Positions 11,629-23,599 of a stretch of DNA of 64,000 nt are shown piece after piece (position 1 is the first letter of the stretch; each line of letters starts with the position of its first letter). A model generated the notes under the pieces. It did not search any database. It was not told where the DNA came from and was given only the letters and a program-made list of their open reading frames with translations. The position numbers were made by a program, and so were the translations under genes. Origin of the DNA: Caecitellus pseudoparvulus (Eukaryota > Protista > Bigyra: Bicosoecida); assembly GCA_965644315.1 (NCBI GenBank), contig CBFFRQ010000068.1, forward strand, positions 496,001-560,000, read 5' to 3'.

Positions 11629-13252
11629 TTGGGCGTGGCTTCCTCCAGCAACTCCGCGACGCGGTCCTCTCCCAAAGTGGCGAAGTCTTGTTGCAGGACG
11701 GGGGGCATGCCCTGCATGGCGCGCTTCAAATTCAGAGTGTGCCACGTGCTGCGGAAGTGCGCTCTGTACTCCGCCCGCTCCTCGAACACCGCCCCGCCAC
11801 ACTTGCGGCAGGCAAGTGCCCCCGACCCGCCACTCACGACAGGTTTCGGGGCGGTGCTGGTGGGCGGCATGGCGACGCGCCCACCCTCTGCCTGCACCGC
11901 TTCGGCGAGGCCAGCAGGGGAGCTGGACGGCACCGCTGTCGCATGGGCAGCGGCAGCAGTGGAGGACCCCAGGCTCATGATGTCCCTGTCCCCCAACGCA
12001 GTCGTGGCGGTGGCGTCGGCACCAGGCGTGCCGACGGACATCGCCAGCACATCAATGGAGGCCGGGAACCAGGCAGCCTCGGCAGATGCAGAGACGGGCC
12101 CAGGGCTGCTGCTGGGCGTGGAGGCCTCCGCCGCCGCTGCAGCGGCCGCAGCCTTGCGTCGCTGCTTCTTGCTGCGTTTCTTGCCGCCTGAAGCGCCGGC
12201 GTCAGCCGACGCGGTCTGGGGCAGTGCGGGCTCCTCGCCAGCCATGATGGCCGACAAGGCTGCGGCGTCCAGAGCACTGCACCAAGTGCGCAGGCGGCGC
12301 AGGAGCTCAGGTTCCGCGGAGAACTCCACTGCCCGGCCAGGGCGGCGGGCGGCGGGCGCATCTGCCTCCGCCACGGCGTGGGCGGCGAGGGCAGCGGACC
12401 ACGGCAGACCAGAGGTTTTGTCGACCTGCACCTCCACATCGCGCAAGACAACGGCGTGGTCTGGCAGAAGGCCCAGAAAGGCTGGCCCGGCAGGGGGTGG
12501 CAGCACAGCCTTGAAGTGCATGTGCGCGCGCTCGATGGGGAGCAGGGGCTTCAGCGTGGGGATGGCCTCCAGCGCCTGGCGCTTCGTGGACACCTTCGGG
12601 TTCACGGAGAAGTGCGCCTCGCGTAAGGCTGCCTCGATCACGGAGACCTGGCGCAAGGGGGAGGGGGGGCTGCGTGTGAGCTGATGTAACACTTGGGCGC
12701 GCTTCGCCGCCGTCGGACGCACTGGGTGAGGCATGGAGGTGGTCGGGTTCACACACTTGTCTGCAATGATCGTGGCCACTTCGCGGAACATGCTGCGGCG
12801 GGGGGGGGGGCGGGGTGTGCCGGGCGGCGAGGGGAGCGCTGCCGCGTCGGCGCAGGAACGGACCTGTCCAGCTGCACCTGGCGCTCCTTGTCAGACACCT
12901 GCAGCTCCCCCTTCTCCAGCACGATTTTGCAGCACTCCAAATGGTCATCTGTGCCAAAGGCCGCCTTCAGGTCCTTGGCTTTCGCAGTGATGCCCTGGAA
13001 GCGGCGGGGGGCGCTGGCGTGGTGAGGCTAAGGAGGGATCAAAAACCGCAGGACACCCCTCACCTTGGAAGCGTTGGAGAACACGTATGGCGCCTGGAGG
13101 ACCTCGTCGATGTCCGTCTCCACCTTGTTGCGCCAGTTCACGACTTTGTTCCGGTATGCTGTCACCTCGAAGCGCTTGCCACCCTTCTTGTACTTGACGA
13201 AAGCAACATTCGTGAACCGCACCTGGCCCACAGGCTGGAAGATGCCTGCCAT
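11625..13252 (-). CDS. SBDS: Ribosome maturation factor SBDS/Sdo1 with a C-terminal C2H2 zinc finger; introns 12995-13063, 12793-12863, 12648-12722
   Basis: [64 protein letters not shown]; C-terminal CRKC...[13 protein letters not shown]. Confidence 0.95.
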
Positions 13253-13461
13253 GGTGCACCAAGGGAGCGTCACGTTTCAAAACCCAAGTTGCAAAAGATT
13301 CATGTGAAGCAAGTAGGGTGATTATTGTATGGATCCACGTCAAGTGCCACCCAGTGGGCCGCTTTGCTGAGAGGGTAAACTCACACGCGCTACTCTTCGC
13401 CCCGGCTGTCTGCAGCCCTGTTCCGAAGTTGCCGCTCACTTGGCATCGCGCTGGATCCAGG

Positions 13462-14917
13462 ATGAAACTGCTTGGATGTGCCCTCATCGCCATTGCCGCC
13501 TCAGTGTGCCTTGCAGCCGTCCCAGGTGAGGCTCTGCGCCGGCTGGCACAGACGCCGCAACTCCAGCGAAACGCCACTCGGTCGGCCCACTTGTTCCTCT
13601 GCAGCACCCAAGTACCAGGGCGTATGGAGCACCAGCGCGCTGCGCAGCGTGTACGAGGAAGACTTGTCGTCTGCAGGCAGCAGTGGTGGGTGCATTCCCC
13701 CCCCCACCCGACTGCACGTGAACCTGACACAGCTCGTCGTGAACTGGAAGGCGCTGCAAGCCCACGCACTCCCTGAGACGACCGTGGCGCCCACCCTCAA
13801 GGCTGACGCATACGGGCACGGCGCAGTGCCCGTCGCCTTGGCCCTGCAGCGGGCTGGCGCACGCGTGTTCATGGTGGCAGCGCTGCGGGAAGCTGTGCAG
13901 CTCAGGCGCGCAGGCATCCAAGGCCGCATCGTGGTCATGAGCGGCACGCCGCCCCGTGCAGTGCCCGTGGCGGCCGACCTGGGCCTGGAGCTGACCGTAT
14001 TTGACCAACACTCCGTGCACGCCTATGCAGCCGCCCTGGCTGCCGCTGGCTCCCCCGCCCTGGCAGTGCACGTGAAGGTGGACTCAGGCATGGGGCGCAT
14101 TGGCGTGCTGCCGACGGAGGCCGCGGCTGTGGCAAGTGCCCTGCAGAAACACAGCAGCGCCCTGCACCTGCGCGGGGTGTACACGCACTACAGCAAGGCC
14201 GACGAGGATGAGGTGTGGACGCGGGCACAGCACGCGACCTTCTCTGCTGCCGTCACGGCTGCCTTTGGCGCAGACACGCCAGTGCACACGTGCAACAGCG
14301 CCGCCCTTTTGCTAGACCCGAGCCTGTGCGGCTCCCTTGCGCGCACAGGCATCGCCTTGTACGGAGGGGTGGCATCCGCGGTGACCGCCCCCCTGCCGGG
14401 CATGGGGTATGCGCTGACCTGGAGCACGTGGGTGGCTCAGGTCAAGACACTGCCTGCAGGCCATGCAGTGGGGTATGGCAACACATACCACACGTCGGAG
14501 GCGGAGACTGTCGTGGTGCTGCCTGTGGGCTACTCCAACGGCCTGCGGCGGGGGCCCACGAACCAGGGGCATGTGTTGCTGCACGGCACGAAATGCCCAA
14601 TTCGAGGCCGGGTGTCCATGGAGAAACTTGTGGTGGGCGTGCAGCACCTGGTGGACGCAGGCGTGCAGGTGGCAGTGGGAGACACAGCGCTGCTGCTGGG
14701 TGCACAGGAAGCTCGGGCTGGCCAAGGCGCCGTGGGCGCCTCTGGAGCCGAGGCCCCTGCCGGCGTGGTGTCCATCACGCCAGGGGATGCAGCAGCTGCC
14801 ATCGGCACCATTGACTACGAGGTGTTCACAGGCTTGCTGCCTGCCACGCCCCGATGGGGAGGTGACGCCTGCGGTGTGCAGTACCTGTGGCCACAGGGGC
14901 AGACGCAGACACTGTGA
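13462..14917 (+). CDS. alr: Alanine racemase (PLP fold type III) with an N-terminal signal peptide; intron 13526-13604
   Basis: LKADAYGHG (PLP Lys), VHVKVDSGMGRIG, GVYTHYSKAD, CNSA, ARTGIALYG, VGYGNTY (catalytic Tyr), GRVSME, GTIDYEV. Exon 1 encodes MKLLGCALIAIAASVCLAAVP and splices in frame. Confidence 0.93.
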
Positions 14918-14923
14918 ATTCAC
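14914..14923. promoter_or_regulatory. Perfect palindrome GTGAATTCAC overlapping the alr stop at the alr/ATAD1 convergent junction
   Basis: Self-complementary 10-mer containing TGA 14915-14917. Function is inferred. Confidence 0.35.
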
Positions 14924-14942
14924 GCCCCCTCACCTGCACCAG

Positions 14943-16627
14943 CTACTGGGACGGCAGAGAGCTGAGCAAGCGAGCTGAGTTGCCTTTGACGCCGCCCCCG
15001 AAGGCGGCCCCGGCGGGCGCGAACACGGGCAAGGTGCCGTCCCCGATGCCTTCCTCTGCAGCGGCCAGGCGCTGCTGGTACTCGTACGCCGACATGCCTG
15101 TCGGGCGCACCTCCCGCATGGCAGCTGCGAAGTCCGCTGTCACGACGGGGCGGGTGGAGACGCCTGCAGAGGCACTCGCGGCCACCTCACCCAGGCGGCT
15201 GTCCCGCCACGCCAGTAGGTCCTCGTGGCACAGAGGCTGCCCTGGCTGCGCACCTTGCCCCCCCTCGTCCGTCACCTGTGACGCGGGGGCGTGGTGGCCC
15301 CCCTGCTGCCCAGCCTCCCACGCCTCCCGCGCCGCCAGGCGGCGGGCGTACTCCTCCTCCACCGCCTCCCGCGCGGCCCGCACAGCCATGCGCTCGGCGG
15401 TGCTGGCCTCCCGGATGGGGCGCAGGGCGGCAGCTCGGCACAACTCCTTGAGGTCCGAGCCAGAGTACTGCGCAGTGGCGTCTGCCACCGCCTGCAGGTC
15501 ACACTGCATCGGCCCCGAGCCCTCGGCAGCGACGTTCTCGCCCTTGAGCAGGACACGCAAGATCTTCAGGCGGCCAGCGGCAGAGGGCAGGCCCACCTCG
15601 ATTTGCCGCGGCATGCGCCGCAGGATGGCCTGATCCAGGGCGTGGGGGCGGTTGGTGGCGCCGATGACCAGCACCCAGTTCTGCGGCACGTCCTGGGAGC
15701 CCTGTGCCTGCCCGGCGCCCTCCACGGCAGCAGAGCGCGTGGAGGCGGTGGCGATGCCGTCCCACATGGCCATGAACAGTGTCTTGACTTTGTCGGTGAC
15801 GGCGGGGTCCATGCTACCCTCCGTGCGCCGGGACAAGAAGCCGTCCATCTCGTCCACGAACACGATGCAGGGCGAGAGCTTGTGGGCGAGGGAGAAGATG
15901 GCCTGCACCATCTTCTCGCTGTCCCCTACGTACTTGCTCATGATGGTGGCTAGGTTGACGTTGATGAAGGAGGCGCCACACTCTTTGGCAATGGCTTTGG
16001 CCAGCAGGGTCTTGCCTGTGCCAGGCGGCCCGTACAGCAGAACGCCGGTGGGGCGATTGGCCAGTCGGCTCTGCTTGAACAGATGCGGCTTGGTAAGAGG
16101 CAAGGTCACCATCATTTCCACCTGCTCAATCTGTGCGGCGGGCGGGCGGCGGCAGGGGCCAGGGCGGCGTGCAAAGACAGGCCGTGGCGTTACGCTTCGC
16201 AACGCGTGAGCCTCACCACTTCCTCCAACCCGCCGATGCTGTGGAAGCCTTCCTCAATCTGGTATGGAAGGATGATGTCCCGACGCAGTGCACGCTCATA
16301 TTCGTCCAGCTCCAAGCTGTGCAGGCGCCGCGTGCGGCTGTTGCCTGATTCTTGCGCCAGGGGCGCCGTCTGCTCCTTGGCTGTGTTGCTGGGGCTGGGT
16401 TTCAAGCCGTAGTACGCGGCAGCAGCCAGCGCCGCCACGCCTGCGACGATGGCGCCGCCCACCAGCGGGTTTTCCTTTGCCCAGGCAACAGTGGCCGATG
16501 CAGTGTCCACTGCCCACTGGGCGCTTGCATCCATGCCTGTCGGGCCTTTGGGCGGGCGTGCTTGCCGCACAGGGCCGGCCTGCCGTGTGCTGCCGCTGCT
16601 CATGCCGAGGTCCAGAGGCGCAGGCAT
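14943..16627 (-). CDS. ATAD1: AAA+ membrane-protein dislocase ATAD1/Msp1; intron 16131-16216; start codon uncertain
   Basis: N-terminal TM anchor, ELDEYERAL, FHSIGGLEE, GVLLYGPPGTGKT, IVFVDEMD, FMAMWDG, GATNRP...AILRRMP, YSGSDLKELC. Confidence 0.9.
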
Positions 16628-16724
16628 GGAAAGGGCGCGACCATGTGGTGACAAATAGTACATTCAGAGCTGTGTGCGGGCGGGCGTTCAGGGGGGTCGC
16701 TTGCAGACTGGAATATGCCCGGCG

Positions 16725-18565
16725 TCACTCACTGCTGCGGGAGCGCGTCTGCAACAGCTGCCCGCCTGTGCCCCCTCCCAGCCCGCCATCCGCCAGCAGG
16801 CTCGCCTGGCTGGACAGGTCCCCCATGCCCAGCGTGGCCAGGCTGCTCTCCCCCACGTGCGCGTGAGCGCTGCCGATGCCCCCGGGGCTGGGCGAGGCAC
16901 CGGCCCCCGACGGCAGGGGGCTGGACAAATGCCCCGCACCAGAGGGCGACGAGGGCGACTGTGGCAGGGCGATGGGCGAGGACGCCTCCGGCCCCGGATC
17001 TGACATGGCGTGGCCCAGCGCCATGCCATGCGGCAGGCGCACACTGCCGCTGGTGTCGATGTCCAGCCCCATGGAGGCGGCATAGGACTGCCCGAAGCCC
17101 ATGCCACTGGCGGTGAAGGGGAAGCGTGCCAGGCGCCGCTGGGCCAGGAGCAAGCGCTGGTCCTCCAGCGACGGGCCAAAGGCTTGGGCCAGCATGCTTT
17201 GCGAGGGGAGCGCCGGGGACTCCGACAGCGGGCGTGGCTCCTCTGCGGGAGTGGGCGCTGGCGGGCCCGGCTCCCCTCCCTCCTCCATGGCACAGCCCTC
17301 GCTGGTGAGGGCCGGAGCTGTGCCCTCTTCTGCGTCAACGCTGGTATGGTGGGCGCCCGGCGCCTTCCCTGCCTTGGGGCCGGCCGAGTCCAGCGCTGCA
17401 GCTGGGAAGAGCTTGGCGCCTTTGGGCACACGGGAGGCAGCGGCTGCGTCTTTGGAAGCGTCTTCCAACCCTCCCCATGAGTTGCGCTGGGGAAGGTCTG
17501 GCGCAAAGACGCCTGGCCGGTTGGGGTCAGCACACACCTCGTTGCCGTCATCCAAACAGAACATCGCCTCCACCACGCGCTCACCGTGCAGCCCGCGGCG
17601 GGGACGCAAGATGCCGCCGCTGGACAGGTGTGCCCGAATGCGGTCCTTGTACACCTGCACCTGCTGGCCAGCGACCTCTTCCAACGTGCGGCGGGGCTGG
17701 GCCCACCGCATCAGGTCCGCCTGTGGCACACACACCATGAGGGACGTCAGGTTGAACTGCACGGAGGTCTCGTTGGCGTGCACCCAGGCGCCCATGGTCT
17801 GGGCACTGTTCACGATGAGGGCCTCTTCCTGTCGCTGGCGCAAGGTGTGGATGATGCGGGACTGCACGTCCTTCTCCACATCCAGCACGAACGCATGCGT
17901 GTCCACGAGGTAGTACTGCTCGGCATCCACACCACCCTCGCCGCCGCCGCCGGCGGCAGGGCTGTCCCCGCCTGCCTCTGCCTGCTTCGCTGTGCGTTCA
18001 CTGGCAGGGGGGCAGTCCACCACGCTCACACACATGTCCCGCGTGGTGGTGGCGGCCACAGTGCGGGCCGAGTCAGGCCGCCAGCGAGAGAACAAGAAGC
18101 ACTGCATGGACAGCGTGCACGTGTCCGGCCACAGGCGGGTGTTCTCCATCTCCTCCACCCCCAACAGTGCCTCCTGCACAGACATCTCAGTCACTTTGCG
18201 CGTCTGCTTGGACAGGCGCCGCCAGCGCTTGGCGTGCAGCTGCACGGTGTCCGAGGCCAGGAACGAAGATGCCTCGGCGGTCGTGATGCTGCCGTCGTGC
18301 ACGCGGGCCTGGATGGCCTCCTCTGCGTTGTTGCTCATGGAGATCGCGACCCTCTCCACTTCCCACAGAGTGGGGCTCTTGTAAAAGCCATGGTCCACGG
18401 CAACAAGGAGCCTGCGGAATTTGCACCATGCGCCATGCAAGCGTTGCGGGGCCCAGCGCTGCGCTGCCCCACGCACCGGTACTCAAACTCGTCTGCGAAT
18501 GAGGACTTTTTCTTAGCAATCTTTCGCCTCAGCCTGTCCCTGATGGAGCCCCCACGAGACGCCAT
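16725..18565 (-). CDS. Hypothetical protein; intron 18412-18476
   Basis: Long ORF with GC3-rich coding pattern. Spliced start MASRGGSIRDRLRRKIAKKK joins in frame. Globular N-terminal half, Ser/Gly/Pro-rich C-terminal half. No family recognised. Confidence 0.7.
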
Positions 18566-18790
18566 GCTGCAGCAAGAGGCGCCAGCATGTGGGGGGGCTC
18601 AAGCCAAGTGGCTGGCACCACGGCAGGCACGTCGACGGGCTTCGTACCCCAGGCGTCAGCGCACTTGGATGAGCAGCAACACCTCAAGGAAGGGATGCAC
18701 GTCCTGATCCGCTTGCTGCCGGCGCATGGTGCGACTACAGGCATTGAATTGTAAGCCGCCCTTGCACCGAGGAGCAGCCAGCTGGGCCGG

Positions 18791-20494
18791 TCAGCCCTTG
18801 CGTGGCACCTTGGCAGCAGGCTCTGCGCTGTCCTGCAGCTCCGGCATGGGGTCGTCAAATGTTGAACGAGGGGGGGCAGCGCCACTACCGCCACTCCTAC
18901 CACCACTAGCATCAGCGCCACTGTCGCTGGCCTTGCCGGCCCCTCCCATGACACGGGAGCCATTGTAGCGCCGCTTGCGATCGCCCTCAGACAGCCCGGA
19001 CACGTGCACACGCCCCCTGCGCCCACTTGACACCGCCAATGCCCCCTCTTCGTCGTGCTCCTGCACCTCCAAGGAGCCTCGACCGCCCCCCCCACTGGCC
19101 GCCGCCTCAGCTTCAGCGGCAGCAGCCGACGGGGGCAGCGTTGTGTGGGTGTGCTCTTCACTCGCTTCCCCCGCGGCAATGGCCTCAGCACGCTGCTCTG
19201 CGAGGCTTTGCGACGGACCTGAGGCAGCAGCCGCCTCCTCCTGCCGCCGGCGCCGCAGCTGGGCGTCCTCCCACGCCAAGCGACCCGCCTCCCCCGTGCA
19301 GTACACGCCACGAGTGGTCTGGTAACAGCACTTGAAGCCCCACTCCCGGGTGTGCACGTCAAACCAGGAGCCCCACACGTGTGTGTGGTTGCCAGGCACC
19401 TCGTCCTCCGCCCACTTGCTGATGGGCACACCCTGGGCGTTGACGCCGCCCCCTGCCGCCGCCGCAGCCGCCACCATGGGCGCATACCCCTCGCCCTGCC
19501 CCAGCAGCATCTCCTCCGGCAGAGGGGCAGACGCATGGGAGGTGCCGCCATATTTGGCCTCCAGCGCCGCTGCCCGCCTCTGGGCGGCCTCGCTCGCCCG
19601 GGTCTTGTGGGCTTCCTGCATGAGAGCCACCTGGGTGGGGTTGGTTTGCAGGCTCACTGCGTGGCCCTTGCCATGCGCCTCCCACGCAAACACCTGTGCC
19701 TCCAGCATGCCGGCTGTGTCCCCTGACAGCCTTGCAGCGTTGTCACCGGCATACATCTTCTGGGACGCCGGCACGTGCGGCAGGGGGTCAGCGCGCATGC
19801 TGCGGGTCTTGGCATCGTAGAACGCGCTGTCTTCGTTCAGGTTCAACAGGTACTTCGCCGTGTCCTCGCGGATGCGCAGGTTGCGCACAGTCATCTTGTT
19901 CTTCGTCCCGTACCGCTGCACGCCCGTCTGCACGGCTTGGTGCCCCTCACTTTCCTTCGCGTCCTCGCCCCCCTCACCATCGGAATCGGAGTCACCGCTG
20001 GAGGCGGCATCGGATGACTCGGAGGAACTCGACGACAGCACCTCCCCCTTGGCTTCCGCAGCTTTCCGTCGGGCTGCCCTCTCTGCCCTGCGTTCCGCCT
20101 TCCGCCTCTGCTTGGCTGCCATCTCCTTGGCCTTCTCGGCCTCTCTCGCAGCTTCCTCCCGTTGGTACCGCTGCAGCGTCACGTCGTGCATGGCGGGGTC
20201 CCAATTCTTGTATGGATCCCGCTTCTCCGCATACCCCGCTTCATGCCGTTTCCTTGTGGACTTCTGGTGCTTCATGCTGGGGCCGTCAGCCTGCAGGGAC
20301 ATCACCGCGACGCATGTGCTGCCACTCGCCACACGGCCGCCCAGCACACGACGTACCTTGCTGTACCATGGCGCGTTAGCCATGAAAGACGGCACGTGTG
20401 GATTGATGGGCTTGCCATCTTCGTCTAGCTCGGGGGGCAACGCGCCAGACTTCCGCGCCTCCTCGATCTCCCGCTGCTGCTTGCGCCCTGCCAT
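18791..20494 (-). CDS. SLU7: Second-step pre-mRNA splicing factor SLU7; intron 20291-20356
   Basis: EEARKSGALPPELDEDGKPINPHVPSFMANAPWY, TVRNLRIREDTAKYLLNL, YDAKTRSMR, SKWAEDEVPGNHTHVWGSW, WGFKCC. Confidence 0.95.
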   Translation of the reverse strand: MAGRKQQREIEEARKSGALPPELDEDGKPINPHVPSFMANAPWYSKVRRVLGGRVASGSTCVAVMSLQADGPSMKHQKSTRKRHEAGYAEKRDPYKNWDPAMHDVTLQRYQREEAAREAEKAKEMAAKQRRKAERRAERAARRKAAEAKGEVLSSSSSESSDAASSGDSDSDGEGGEDAKESEGHQAVQTGVQRYGTKNKMTVRNLRIREDTAKYLLNLNEDSAFYDAKTRSMRADPLPHVPASQKMYAGDNAARLSGDTAGMLEAQVFAWEAHGKGHAVSLQTNPTQVALMQEAHKTRASEAAQRRAAALEAKYGGTSHASAPLPEEMLLGQGEGYAPMVAAAAAAGGGVNAQGVPISKWAEDEVPGNHTHVWGSWFDVHTREWGFKCCYQTTRGVYCTGEAGRLAWEDAQLRRRRQEEAAAASGPSQSLAEQRAEAIAAGEASEEHTHTTLPPSAAAAEAEAAASGGGGRGSLEVQEHDEEGALAVSSGRRGRVHVSGLSEGDRKRRYNGSRVMGGAGKASDSGADASGGRSGGSGAAPPRSTFDDPMPELQDSAEPAAKVPRKG

Positions 20495-20681
20495 GCTCCA
20501 CGAAACGCTGGTGAAACGGGCGTCAAACCCTGCTCAGCCCAGCACCAGACGGGCTAGAAGTGACGCGCATTTGCGGTCTGAGCAGCTAGTTATCATGTCA
20601 AGTGGTCTCACAGCTTTCATTTGCCTGTGGCCTGGCTCTGCATTCCTGCTGTGTGGCGGCCGGGCAGGCACTGCCTGCAGG

Positions 20682-23111
20682 CTAGAACTGATCAGAGACT
20701 GGCACGCTGGGTGGCGCGACAGCTCCCCCTGGCACGTCGCCACTGGGCGACTGCATCCGGCTCTGCACCTTGACTTCCGGGTCGGCGGCGTAGAAGCGCC
20801 GGTACCAGCGCTTGAGCTTGCCGAAGGGGCCATCCCCCTTCACAAGCAGGGGCTTGTCCAGCATGCGCTTGTTCTCCCACACGTCCAGATCCTGGTGCCA
20901 TCTGCGCAAAAAGAGGAAGAAGGGTGAGTGGGGAGCTGTGCGTGGTTGCACGTGCCTGGCGCGAGCACGCACTGTGCGACCCAATTGCCGACGATGTACC
21001 ACACGAGCACGTCCGGGATGGCGGCGTCTGCAAAGTAGCGGAACTCTGTGCGCAGCTTCATGATGTCCAGGGGAGTGTGCGTCTCGAACAGCACAATGCG
21101 GCCCATGTCAGGCACGGTGAACTGGAAGCGCACGAGGCCGCCTGGCCCGATGAGCAGGGTGTCCACTTCCGCCCGCGCCCAGAAGTAAGGCAGGCGCTTG
21201 CCGAACAGCTTCAAGAAGGCTTGGTCTCGGAAGTGCGAGAGGTGGCTGGCTTCGCCCAAGTCTGCGCCTGGCTCCCACAGCGTCTCGTGGTCGATAGTGA
21301 TGATGTTGAAGGGCGGCGGGATGACGTAGGGCGTCCAGGGCACCATCATCTCCGAGTGGATGGCCCCGAAATGCGCCGCGTCCACAGCATTCAACACGAA
21401 CTCGATGAGCGGCATGTTCACGACGCGAGCGCGGAAGGAGCCTCGGAAGGTCATCGTGCCAGCGTCAATGTCAGGGATGGCAGGGGGCAGGTATCTGGGC
21501 GGGTACGCCCCCTCAGCACACGCGCCCTGCCCCGTGGTCTTGCTCAGGTCAGTGTGCAGCACCAGGTCTGCATCGTAGAACACCAGCACCATGCCACAGT
21601 ACTCCATGGTGGGGTACCGCACGGCCCCCTTTGTGGGCGTGCTGGTGGAGTACGGGATGCTGGCCACGGCGCCTGCCTCATCGAACTGCCACTTGTGGAA
21701 GGGGCACTCCAAGCAGTCGCCGTGCACCTTCCCGCCAATGGCCATGTTGGCGCCCAGGTGTGGGCAGTATGCGTCAAGGGCAGAGACGGCGCCAGACTCG
21801 CCACGAAACAGGGCCAGGTGCAGGCCAACTGCTCGCACATACTCCACCTGCCCAGCCACCAGCTCCTCCGAGTTGCACAGCTTGTACCAGCCAGTCGGAA
21901 ACTGCTTCACGTACGTGGACAGTCGTTCCCGTTCGATGTCTTGCTCCACCATGAGGTTGGTGCCGGCAATAGCCGCAGGGGACACTGACGACGAGCGTGT
22001 AAAGGGCCCTGTAGCGTTGGATGCGAACGTGTCGAAGCGGCGCTGCAGAGCGATGCGCGAGCCGCACTCGCGTGCAGCAAGCACCGCCAGCGCGACACAG
22101 GCAAGCGCCCATGGCAGCACTTCCACAGAAACGCCGATGCTGGTCAGCCACTGCTGGCCAGCGCCCTCAGAGACAGCCAGAGACAAACCATACAGAGACA
22201 GGAATGGCAGCGCTGTCACCATGCATGTGACGGTGCCGACGAAGGCCCAGTCCACGACGAAGAGCAGTGCGCCGAAGACACCACAGCGGCCCGAGGAGGT
22301 CGCAGGTGCCACAGGGGAAGGCGCTGTAGCCGGAGCGGGCTCTGCATGGTCAGGCACGGTGGTGGCTGCCTTGGAGCTGTGCCTGCGGCGCACGCCCTCG
22401 GCAGCTGCGAGGCTGCGCAGCTGTTCTGAGCTGCTGGGGCTGCGCGTTGAGGGCGCGTCACCGACAGCCTCCTGGGCTGACGACAACAGGATGAACGTCC
22501 CGAAAAACATGAGCAAGTACAGGAGGGAAAGCGACGCCGCCAGGACAGCCAGAGGGTGGGCTGCGATGAAGGTGACCATGTGGCTTCGGCCGCCTGAGTG
22601 CCCGCCCACGCGTAACGCAGAGGCGAGGTACAGCGTCGACGTGAGGAAGACTGCCCCGGCAGCCCAGTTCAGCACGCGGAGCACAGCCATCACCTGCGTC
22701 TCCGTCACACGTTGGCCTTTTCGTAGGCAGGAGAGGCAGATGGGCAAGGCATCGGGGGCGAAGAACATGCTCCACACGGAAGCTGTGTGAGGAAGCGAGT
22801 CAGTGTGCAGCGTGTGAGCCGCGCACAGTGTCCTTCGGCCGGCACGCACAGAAGTTGATACGAAGGGCGGCAACAAGGACTGTCCCGATCATGATGGTCA
22901 GCCACACCGAGTTCTGGGCAGCGCGTGAGAAGGGTGGGGTGTGCCGGCTCAATTTATCCGCACCCACACATTGTGCCGGCAAGCGGCTCAACGTAGGCAC
23001 GATGTGCAGCCGCCTCGAACGGCCCTGAGCAGCGGAACGCACCACAAAGAAGCCCTTCATTTCATTGCTCTCCCCATACATGCTGGGGGGCGCCACTTCA
23101 GGCACAGGCAT
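20682..23111 (-). CDS. Rieske non-heme iron oxygenase, Neverland/DAF-36 cholesterol 7-desaturase-like, with a multi-TM N-terminal extension; introns include 22783-22849 and 20902-20972
   Basis: FPTGWY, Rieske cluster DAYCPHLGANM...CPFHKWQF, mononuclear-iron NAVDAAHFGAIH, and C-terminal QDLDVWENK...LVKGDGP...RWYRRFY typical of Nvd/DAF-36. Confidence 0.85.
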
Positions 23112-23599
23112 GATGGATGGTTGAGGGGCGGATTTTGGTCACTGCACTTCACCACGCTAAACGGCGGCGCAGATAGCTGCGTACACCCAGTCGAAGCCAA
23201 GCGTGCGCAGGAGGGATGTGTGATTAGATGTGAGCACTAGTGATTTTTATTTCGGGGGCTCTGTTGCTTTTTCGCTGGGAATGAGCAGCTTGTGGAGGCC
23301 GCTATCTCAGCGATACCCGGGGATTCGGCTGCAGGTTCGGGATTGATAACTCATGCTCTGTCGACGAGGCAAGTCGATCCGTCCAGAATTGGAGAGTTGA
23401 GCGTGTGCCCGCGCACACAGCACAGCTTCAGCCCTCCGACTTTTCGGGCAGGTGCCCAGTCGCCTGCCAGCCCTGTGCTACGCTCAAAACGTGCACGAGC
23501 GGTTGGCATGTTGGGGCGGTAAGGAGGTAGAGTATTGGGGCACTTGCCTTCTTTCGCCTCATACCTGCTTGCGTGCGAGGCCTGGGACTCCTTGGCATC

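Noticed and set aside
11625-11820. Zinc finger fused to SBDS
   Set aside because: A C-terminal C2H2 extension of SBDS is already known in plants and several protist lineages.
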